Shown here piece after piece: positions 1-6,977 of a stretch of DNA of 32,000 bases (the stretch's first letter is position 1; the number at the start of each line of letters is the position of its first letter). The stretch lies in contig PBAU01000013.1 in the NCBI GenBank assembly GCA_002716355.1, positions 1 to 32,000 on the forward strand, read 5' to 3'. A model generated the notes under the pieces. It searched no databases. It saw nothing but the letters and a program-made list of their open reading frames with translations, and was not told the DNA's origin. Source of the DNA: a bacterium (GTDB lineage Bacteria; UBP7; UBA6624). Position numbers and translations under genes: made by a program.

Positions 1-123
1 CTTTACTTCTGCTTCTAAAGCCTTATCTTTGGCCTTGATGAAGTTTGGAAGTGCTAAAGCAACAAGAATTCCGATGATTGTTATAACCACCAAAAGTTCA
101 ATAAGAGTAAAACCTCTTTTCAT
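1..123 (-). CDS. Type IV pilin / GspG-like prepilin, N-terminal 41 codons only (gene runs off the window start)
   Basis: The reverse complement of 1-123 reads ATG MKRGFTLIELLVVITIIGILVALALPNFIKAKDKALEAEVK with no stop. It has a class III signal peptide (G|FTLIE) followed by a hydrophobic helix. AGGAGG SD at 133-138 (minus). The N-terminus is paralogous to the two downstream-listed pilins. Confidence 0.8.
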   Translation of the reverse strand, partial: MKRGFTLIELLVVITIIGILVALALPNFIKAKDKALEAEVK

Positions 124-161
124 AATGTATAACCTCCTAAAAATTATAAATATAAAGATTC

Positions 162-205
162 TTTCGTATCTTTGATAACGAAAGTACAAGGGTCGAAGCC
201 CTTGT
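162..205 (-). other. Two adjacent stem-loops in the 175-nt spacer upstream of the third pilin gene (candidate 5' UTR structure)
   Basis: TTCGT(163-167)/ACGAA(178-182), extendable with one bulge. ACAAGGG(186-192)/CCCTTGT(199-205) with a 6-nt loop. Both were read directly from the sequence. Confidence 0.35.
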
Positions 206-262
206 TCTTCCGTCCATTTCAATCTTTAAATCCATTTTCCTAAAACCTTTAAATTTTTGAGC

Positions 263-278
263 GGGGGGCGAACCCCCC
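263..278 (-). terminator. GC-rich hairpin downstream of the 374-aa pilin gene (candidate intrinsic terminator, attenuator or mRNA-stabilising element)
   Basis: GGGGGG(263-268)-CGAA-CCCCCC(273-278) lies 21 nt past the TAA at 299-301, in an otherwise AT-rich spacer. The trailing tract on the minus strand (GCTCAAAAATTT) is only weakly U-rich, so termination is probably partial. Confidence 0.45.
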
Positions 279-298
279 ACTCTTGTTGTTTTCGTAGA

Positions 299-1423
299 TT
301 AGTTACCTCTTTTAACCCTGGCGTCTACACCAGATGCTAAAGTTGTAGCCAAAAAGTCAGTAATTCCATCAGGACCAGAACCACCTGGGTTCTCGTCACC
401 TGCAGGAAGAGCGTTAACTACCCAAGTACCACCTGGGCCATTAGAAGCCGCAGGACTTGCTCTTGGATCAGGTTCGAAGCTGAAGTATCCAGTTGGATGC
501 CACATAGCTCCTCCCCAGCCGTTCCACCAGTAGAAATCACATTCTGTACCATAAGTACTGTTACCACTCTGCCAACCACATGGAGTCATGTGTGTTACAT
601 CTTCACCTGGGCTAGTAAGACCAGAAAGTAGTGAAAGTGTGTAACCAGCAACTGCGTGACCAACGATCATTTGCGCAGGGTTTGAACCAGGTTCACCTAA
701 AGCGAATCTGTGGTTCAATGCTGACATTGTGTCCAAGAAAATTGGGTGATAGTAGAAGTGTCCAGGCATCTGATTCTGCATGTAAATACTGAAATCAGAG
801 TTGGTGTCTTCGTTTGCCCATGTACTTACCCATGGCCAGTCACCACGCGTATTTGAAACATCCATCATTAGGTTACCACCCATACCCATCCAACTAAAAT
901 AGTTGCCGCATGTGTGGCCTTGACCGTAACAGGACTGTTTTGAGAACTTCTTGAATGGGTTAGCTGGGTACTGTGAAAGGTATCCATTAACCATCAAAGC
1001 GTCCATACAAACAGGCAAACTGCCATAGTCATCACCCGCTGCTGGCAACAAGCTGTCAGTACAAAAACCTGGATCAGGTTGATTGTCCTGTACACCTGTT
1101 TGACCTGTAGCGTTGTTGATGTTGTCTGCAAACGCGCCTTCTACGTCCATGTAGGACCAGTAGAAGTTACCCGGTGCCATTCTTACTACATTGTAAGAAG
1201 GGTCACCACCACCAAGGAACCAAGGGTAAAGACCATTCCAGTCAGTACCATATCTCTCTAAAGCAACCTGAATTACACGTAAAGCAGATTTTGCTTGAGC
1301 TTCCTTAGCTTTATCTTTTACCTTAATGAAGTTAGGTAAAGCCATCGCTACGAGAATACCGATAATAACGATAACTACCAAAAGTTCGATTAATGTAAAT
1401 CCACGATTTTTAATATTATTCAT
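299..1423 (-). CDS. Giant GspG/type IV pilin-like protein (374 aa) with prepilin N-terminal cleavage/methylation motif
   Basis: MNNIKNRG|FTLIELLVVIVIIGILVAMALPNF. GspG-like landmarks are GYLSQYPANPF, GHFYYHPIF and the C-terminal GPDGITD...SGVDARV. It has 13 Trp and 6 Cys and is Gly-rich. ATG at 1421-1423; GGAGGT SD at 1430-1435. Confidence 0.85.
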   Translation of the reverse strand: MNNIKNRGFTLIELLVVIVIIGILVAMALPNFIKVKDKAKEAQAKSALRVIQVALERYGTDWNGLYPWFLGGGDPSYNVVRMAPGNFYWSYMDVEGAFADNINNATGQTGVQDNQPDPGFCTDSLLPAAGDDYGSLPVCMDALMVNGYLSQYPANPFKKFSKQSCYGQGHTCGNYFSWMGMGGNLMMDVSNTRGDWPWVSTWANEDTNSDFSIYMQNQMPGHFYYHPIFLDTMSALNHRFALGEPGSNPAQMIVGHAVAGYTLSLLSGLTSPGEDVTHMTPCGWQSGNSTYGTECDFYWWNGWGGAMWHPTGYFSFEPDPRASPAASNGPGGTWVVNALPAGDENPGGSGPDGITDFLATTLASGVDARVKRGN

Positions 1424-1437
1424 ATATATTACCTCCG

Positions 1438-2517
1438 TTACTCGTGCATATTTGGTAGATCAGCATCGTCCATAGGGACTCTTGCGTCAACACCACTTGA
1501 GATCACTGTAATGACTCCATCAAACTGACCATCAGGACCATTATTCATGTCTGATACCTGTCTGTTTTTGCAGTCAAGTCTTGTGTCTCCATCTATATCC
1601 CCGGTGTATGGAGAGTCGCCTTCACAGAAATAAGTATTCTCTCTGAAGTCTCCATATCCGTCATATACATCATGACCTTTGTTTCCTGGAGCACCATATA
1701 CTGAAATGTGGTAACCTAATGGGGCTTCACCCATCCACCACTGTCCGTACATTTTTTCTCCACCGAAAATTGGGTAGTAATAGAAATTACCAGCCATAAA
1801 AGGTCTGTGATACATCTTCGCAGTCTGACAAAGTTGTTGAGCACAATTTACAGTGCCGTTGTTTGCAGGTAATGGTGGAGGCGGAGGATGTCCGTTCCAA
1901 CCACGAGATCGGCCAGGACCACCAGCTATGCTTGGTGCTATACATCCATAACCTCCCTCTGTTACTTCCCACATTGCGTCCCCTGAAGGACCACCAACGC
2001 GTCGACCACCTAAACTACCAGCATTGCCAGTAGCAGATCCAGTAGGACTGCTTGCACAGTCACCACTTCCCCAAGCTTCATCATCCCACTCAAAAGCACT
2101 GTTTGTGCTTCCGTCTGCGTAGGCCCAAGTCATACCTGGAACTGAGAAGTTGTGCCCACCGCCGCCTGCGGCAAATGGGTTCTTAGGGTAAATGGAAAGA
2201 TATCCAAAAGTCAAAAGTGCATCACCGTCGCCACAGCGAGCGTTGCTTGCACAATATTGATTGAAATAAGGAGAGAGTGGCGAAGCGTTTGGATCTGTCG
2301 CATCTCCTCCCATCAACCAGTATGGATATTTTCCGTCATGTTCAGTTGCGTATCTTTCAAGAGCAACTTGGATAACTCTAAGATTACTCTTTACCTGGGA
2401 TTCCATAGCTTTCTCTTTAACTCTTATGAAGTTAGGAAGAGCAATTGCTATAAGAATACCGATGATAACGATAACAACTAACAACTCGATTAGGGTAAAA
2501 CCCTTGTTTCGATTCAT
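1438..2517 (-). CDS. Giant GspG/type IV pilin-like protein (359 aa), paralog of 299-1423
   Basis: Internal ATG at 2515-2517, preceded by AGGAGG (2524-2529), gives MNRNKG|FTLIELLVVIVIIGILIAIALPNF. Shared landmarks are GYLSIYPKNPF, GNFYYYPIF and GPDGQFD...SGVDARV. It has 8 Cys and a PPPPPLP tract. The ORF-track start at 2631 adds 38 non-pilin residues and is rejected. Confidence 0.85.
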   Translation of the reverse strand: MNRNKGFTLIELLVVIVIIGILIAIALPNFIRVKEKAMESQVKSNLRVIQVALERYATEHDGKYPYWLMGGDATDPNASPLSPYFNQYCASNARCGDGDALLTFGYLSIYPKNPFAAGGGGHNFSVPGMTWAYADGSTNSAFEWDDEAWGSGDCASSPTGSATGNAGSLGGRRVGGPSGDAMWEVTEGGYGCIAPSIAGGPGRSRGWNGHPPPPPLPANNGTVNCAQQLCQTAKMYHRPFMAGNFYYYPIFGGEKMYGQWWMGEAPLGYHISVYGAPGNKGHDVYDGYGDFRENTYFCEGDSPYTGDIDGDTRLDCKNRQVSDMNNGPDGQFDGVITVISSGVDARVPMDDADLPNMHE

Positions 2518-2630
2518 CGAAATACCTCCTAAAAATTGAGATTTAATCCTGTCTGATAAATCAGAAGGAATAAGACATTTAGAACTACCTTTTTCAAGGT
2601 TTAAAAAATTAAAAAACTTACTAATCATCA

Positions 2631-3842
2631 TCAGAACAAATCCACAATACTAAATACAGGCAAGTAAAGAGCTACAACTATAACTCCAACAATGACACCT
2701 ATAACCATAATCATAATCGGTTCAATAAGACTTGCCAACTGTTCTACAGTTGCATCTATTTCCTCGTCATAAAAATCAGCTACTTTATGCAACATAGATT
2801 CAAGATTACCTGCCTCTTCCCCAACCGCAACCATGTTATATACCATAGCAGGAAAAACACCTGTTCTTCTCATTGGTATACTTATGGCTTCACCCTCTCT
2901 AACCCTGTCTCGTATATAGTCAACAGTTTTTTCAATGACATGATTATCAGCTGTCGTTTTGGTAACATCTAAAGATTCCATTAATGTTACACCTGACTGT
3001 ATTAGCGTCCCCAATGTTCTGGTAAACCTGGAAACACCAACCATTCTTGACAATTTTCCAAAAATCGGTATCCTCATAATTAAACCGTCTAGCAAAATAT
3101 GCCCCCATTTTGTTTTTCTAAACAAATAAAACAACCAAATGGCGACCAGTGGCAAAGGTATCAATAATGGATTTGCTATTATCCAATCTGAAGCATCCAT
3201 AAGTGTTTGAGTCATAGCTGGCAATGGGGTCTTTCCTTCTGATATCTCCTCAAAGAAAGAAGCAAATTGAGGAACAATAAACAACAAGATACCCATTGTG
3301 ATTAAAAAAGCAGCAATGATAACAAATAAAGGATAGGACATAGCAGCTTTTATTTTATGCCTGAGCTTTAATTCTTTTTCAAAAAAGGTTGCCATCCTCT
3401 CTAAAACATCCTCTAAAACACCACCAATCTCTCCTGCTCTGACCATAGATCTGAAGAATGGAGAAAAAGCTCTCTTGTGCAGACCCATTGAATTATGTAA
3501 AGTTTCACCTGCTTGGATCTTCTTTCTTAAATCAACAAGAATGTCTTTAAAATGTGGGAACTCTGCTTGTTCCTCGAGTGTTGACAATGCCCTAGCTAAA
3601 GTCAAACCAGCTGAAACTAGAAGAGCAAATTGCCTACTGAATATAGTCAGAACCTTAAGGCTGACAGGTTGAGCAGTTCTTAATTTCTTGAGGAACTGAT
3701 TTTCTTTTTGCTCTTTAATTCTTATTACTGTCAAATTTTCAGCCTGTAGAGCATCTATAACAGTTTGAGCAGTATCAGCATTTAATCTTCTGGTGATCGT
3801 CTTCCCGGACGTATCGCGCGCAGTAAACAAATATGTAGGCAT
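2631..3842 (-). CDS. pilC: Type IV pilus / T2SS inner-membrane platform protein (GspF/PilC family)
   Basis: 403 aa with duplicated T2SSF-type repeats carrying MVRAGEIGGVLEDVLERMA and MVAVGEEAGNLESMLHKVADFY. Three hydrophobic segments. Typical N-terminus MPTYLFTARDTSGK. Confidence 0.9.
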   Translation of the reverse strand: MPTYLFTARDTSGKTITRRLNADTAQTVIDALQAENLTVIRIKEQKENQFLKKLRTAQPVSLKVLTIFSRQFALLVSAGLTLARALSTLEEQAEFPHFKDILVDLRKKIQAGETLHNSMGLHKRAFSPFFRSMVRAGEIGGVLEDVLERMATFFEKELKLRHKIKAAMSYPLFVIIAAFLITMGILLFIVPQFASFFEEISEGKTPLPAMTQTLMDASDWIIANPLLIPLPLVAIWLFYLFRKTKWGHILLDGLIMRIPIFGKLSRMVGVSRFTRTLGTLIQSGVTLMESLDVTKTTADNHVIEKTVDYIRDRVREGEAISIPMRRTGVFPAMVYNMVAVGEEAGNLESMLHKVADFYDEEIDATVEQLASLIEPIMIMVIGVIVGVIVVALYLPVFSIVDLF

Positions 3843-3888
3843 AATTTAAAAGCTATGTTTCTTGGCGCGAAAGAGACTTAGCCTTTTG

Positions 3889-3917
3889 ATTATACATAAA
3901 ATTAACGAAAATATCAA
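3889..3917 (-). promoter_or_regulatory. Candidate sigma70-type promoter for pilC and the pilin genes
   Basis: On the minus strand, TTGATA (3917-3912), an exact 17-nt spacer, then TATAAT (3894-3889) preceded directly by TG. The -10 lies 47-52 nt upstream of the pilC ATG (3842). Confidence 0.5.
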
Positions 3918-3919
3918 AT

Positions 3920-3934
3920 CCCTACGTAGTAGGG
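3920..3934 (-). terminator. Candidate intrinsic terminator after pilT
   Basis: On the minus-strand RNA, CCCTAC-TAC-GTAGGG is followed by ATTTGATATTTTCG (U-rich). It starts 31 nt after the pilT stop (3965-3967). The short 6-bp stem makes this only moderately convincing. Confidence 0.4.
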
Positions 3935-3964
3935 GGCAAATGCAACTTTTGAAACAACTCTCCT

Positions 3965-5113
3965 TTATTGTGGTATAAATTCTGCTGTTGGCTCATTGTC
4001 AGAATCAGCTTCCTCACCAGAAGCTTCGGAAAGTTCTGCCTCCTTGGCGGCAATCAAATTCCTTAATTCCTTTGCATTATGACATCTAGACATAGCTGTC
4101 TCAAGTGTTATGAGGTTTGCAAAATAATAATCTCTTAAACATTGATCCATTGTTTGCATTCCTTCTTTCTTGTGTGTCATCATGGTTGATGGTATTTGAT
4201 AAATTTTCCCTTCCCTTATGAGGTTCCTAACAGCTGGAATACCTACCATCATTTCGAATGCAGCCAAACGGCCAGGACGATCAGACCTCTTCAACAACGT
4301 TTGAGACATGATAACCTGAATACAGTTAGCCAATTGCGCTCTAACCATTTCCTGCTGCTCAGCTGGAAAAACATCAATTATCCTGTCAATTGACATTGGT
4401 GCATTAATCGTGTGAATGGTTGCAAAAACCAAATGCCCTGTTTCAGCCGCAGTTATAGCGGCTGCTATAGTTTCCAAGTCCCTCATTTCTCCAACGAGAA
4501 TTATGTCTGGATCCTGCCTCAAAACCCTTTTCATTGATTCGGCAAAGGAAAAAGAGTCCACCCCAATTTCCCTCTGGTTCACAATTGAACTTTTGTGCTT
4601 ATGCGAAAATTCAATTGGATCCTCCAGGGTGACAATATGCTTATGGGTTACGTCATTGATATGATTCAACATAGCAGCCAAACTGGTGGTTTTACCTGAA
4701 CCAGTAGGTCCGGTAACAAGAACCAAACCTCTCGGTTCAAAAATTTTCTTTTTAATAATCTCAGGTAAAAGAATTTCCTCCATTGTTGGTATCCTTAAGG
4801 GCAAAGCCCTGATAGCAAAAGCAACAGATTCTCTTTGGAAGAAAAAATTACACCTAAACCTGCCGAGCCCCTCTTGTTCATAACCGAAATCTAATTCTTT
4901 TTCATTTTCAAATTTTTTCCTCTGCTCTTCACGAATCATGGAATAAGCCAAGGTTCTAGTGTCTTCACTCGTTAAAACAGGAAAGTCTTCAAACTGCTTG
5001 ATTTCTCCAAAAACTCTACAGGATGGTTTTGCTCCTACTGATACATGCAGGTCACTGCCGTTTTCCTCGTGCAACCTTACTAAAAGTTCAAGAATTGTTT
5101 CTTTAATTGCCAT
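3965..5113 (-). CDS. pilT: Type IV pilus retraction ATPase PilT (382 aa) with acidic C-terminal tail
   Basis: Walker A GPTGSGKTT, Asp box GEMRD, His box ATIHT, and the PilT-signature AVRNLIREGKIYQI (AIRNLIRE motif). GGGAGG SD upstream of the ATG at 5111-5113. Extra tail AAKEAELSEASGEEADSDNEPTAEFIPQ. Confidence 0.9.
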   Translation of the reverse strand: MAIKETILELLVRLHEENGSDLHVSVGAKPSCRVFGEIKQFEDFPVLTSEDTRTLAYSMIREEQRKKFENEKELDFGYEQEGLGRFRCNFFFQRESVAFAIRALPLRIPTMEEILLPEIIKKKIFEPRGLVLVTGPTGSGKTTSLAAMLNHINDVTHKHIVTLEDPIEFSHKHKSSIVNQREIGVDSFSFAESMKRVLRQDPDIILVGEMRDLETIAAAITAAETGHLVFATIHTINAPMSIDRIIDVFPAEQQEMVRAQLANCIQVIMSQTLLKRSDRPGRLAAFEMMVGIPAVRNLIREGKIYQIPSTMMTHKKEGMQTMDQCLRDYYFANLITLETAMSRCHNAKELRNLIAAKEAELSEASGEEADSDNEPTAEFIPQ

Positions 5114-5126
5114 AAAGACCTCCCAT

Positions 5127-6947
5127 TTACTCCTTTACAAAAGGAGCAAGCATTTTTGGAGCTTCAGCGAGTTCAGGAATTTTCTTCTCAGATTTGGTTG
5201 TTTCTTCAGATTCCTCATACCCTCCACCTATTTCTATTGCAAGCTCTTCTGGAGGGCAAACTCTAAATAGCTCATCCATGGAAACCTGTCCGTCCAAGAC
5301 TCTAGTAAGGCCTGACTGAAATAATGTATCCATACCCTCATTAATCGCTTCAATTTTGATCTCTTTTTCACTAGCCCCTTGCAAACACATATTTCTTATT
5401 TTGTTTGTCATAACCATCATTTCAAAAATTGCTGATCTTCCTTTTGCCCCTGATCCATTACAAAATTTACACCCAGGAGCGTTATGAACCAATGGTGGTG
5501 TATCTTTGTCATACCCAACCTTTCTCAAAATTGGCTTCAAGCGATCAAACTCTTCCAAAGACATTTCTTCATGTTCTTTGCAATGCTCGCATAACTTTCT
5601 AACCAACCTCTGAGCAACAGCTCCAGATAAAGTTGCATTAACCAAAAAAGGCTCTATGCCCATATTGGTTAATCTTGTTATAGATGAAGCAGCATCATTG
5701 GTGTGAAGTGTTGAAAACACCAAATGACCAGTTAGAGAAGCTTGTATGGCCATCTCCCCAACCTCAAAATCACGAATCTCACCAACCATCATGACGTCAG
5801 GATCTTGTCGCAAAAAACTCCTAAGAGCAGATTCGAAAGTTAGACCCACTTTATTATTCACTTGAACCTGATTAATTTTAGGAATCTGATATTCAACAGG
5901 ATCCTCAATGGTGGTTACGTTAATATCATCACTTGCTATCCTTGAAAGGCTAGCATTTAATGTTGTAGTTTTTCCTGAACCTGTAGGTCCAGTTAGAAGA
6001 ATAATACCATGTGGTTTTTTTAAAAGCTCTGTCCATATGTCTTGTTCTTTTTTGGTAAAACCCAAATCTTCAAGCGTCAACATTGATGCTGACCTGTCCA
6101 ACACACGAGCAACAACCTTTTCACCATTGACAGTTGGAACTGTAGATACACGAAAGTCTATCTTCTTCCCAGAGATTTCTTTTGCTATCTTTCCATCCAA
6201 TGGCTTCCTTCTCTCGGAAGTATCCAGGTTTGCCAAAATCTTAAAACGAGCCACAACAGCAGATAAAGCTGTTTTTGGAATGTCCATCATTTTTTGCAAG
6301 ACTCCATCAACCCTAAATCTGACTTGAAGCTTTGTTTCTTTGGGTTCAAGATGAATATCACTGCATCCCATCTCTACAGCACTCGTCAACAGGCTTTCCA
6401 CAAGCTTGATGATTGGAGCATCATCAACATCCAAAGCCTTGGTCATCTTTTCTAGCTCTTCAGAAAGTAAACCCTCAGCACGTCTCTGGTCTTCAAACTC
6501 CTTTACGGCTTTTTCTGCTTCATGCGCTTTGCCGAAATACTCATCAAATGCATGTTTGTAAGATTCATCACTGGTGATCAAGGGCTTAACCGCTTTGCCT
6601 GTAGAAATCCTGATATCATCGATTGCAATAACATTTAAAGGATCAACCATAGCAACAAGGAGGGTGCTATCAACCTCTTTGATTGGTATGGCTCTATATT
6701 GCTGTATTTTCTCAACAGATAAAAGTCTTGCAGTGGTTAAATCAATCTCCTCTTCATACAAATCAACTTTCTGAATTCCCATCTGACGAGATAGTGCATC
6801 GAGAATCTCATCTGGAGTTGAAATTCCCATATCGATGATGGCTTGACCTAGCCTCTTTCCCGTTTTTTGCTGGTTTGAAAGAGCCTCCTTAAGTTGGTCA
6901 GATGTTACTAAACCTTCATCAACTAATATATCTCCAAGTCTTTTCAT
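5127..6947 (-). CDS. pilB: Type IV pilus assembly / T2SS ATPase (PilB/GspE family, 606 aa) with N-terminal MshEN-type domain
   Basis: Walker A GPTGSGKTTT, GEIRD, STLHTN, and the tetracysteine CEHC...CKFC. The N-terminus carries two RLGxx(L/I/V)2xxG(L/I/V)2x4(L/I/V)x3LxxQ motifs. GGAGGA SD upstream of the ATG at 6945-6947. Confidence 0.9.
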   Translation of the reverse strand: MKRLGDILVDEGLVTSDQLKEALSNQQKTGKRLGQAIIDMGISTPDEILDALSRQMGIQKVDLYEEEIDLTTARLLSVEKIQQYRAIPIKEVDSTLLVAMVDPLNVIAIDDIRISTGKAVKPLITSDESYKHAFDEYFGKAHEAEKAVKEFEDQRRAEGLLSEELEKMTKALDVDDAPIIKLVESLLTSAVEMGCSDIHLEPKETKLQVRFRVDGVLQKMMDIPKTALSAVVARFKILANLDTSERRKPLDGKIAKEISGKKIDFRVSTVPTVNGEKVVARVLDRSASMLTLEDLGFTKKEQDIWTELLKKPHGIILLTGPTGSGKTTTLNASLSRIASDDINVTTIEDPVEYQIPKINQVQVNNKVGLTFESALRSFLRQDPDVMMVGEIRDFEVGEMAIQASLTGHLVFSTLHTNDAASSITRLTNMGIEPFLVNATLSGAVAQRLVRKLCEHCKEHEEMSLEEFDRLKPILRKVGYDKDTPPLVHNAPGCKFCNGSGAKGRSAIFEMMVMTNKIRNMCLQGASEKEIKIEAINEGMDTLFQSGLTRVLDGQVSMDELFRVCPPEELAIEIGGGYEESEETTKSEKKIPELAEAPKMLAPFVKE

Positions 6948-6977
6948 AAAATTCCTCCAGCTTTAATGATTATAAGT

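Noticed and set aside
124-2630. Sigma54 (GG-N10-GC) promoters upstream of the pilin genes, as found for many type IV pilins.
   Set aside because: I scanned both spacers on the minus strand by eye and found no TGGCAC-N5-TTGC-like element. I also found no convincing sigma70 hexamer pair, so no promoter is called there.
2518-2631. 38-codon N-terminal extension (MMISKFFNFLNLEKGSSK...) of the 359-aa pilin in the ORF track.
   Set aside because: A prepilin leader must be short and end in Gly just before FTLIE. The internal ATG at 2517 has a perfect AGGAGG SD and gives the leader MNRNKG. The extension is AT-rich spacer read in frame.
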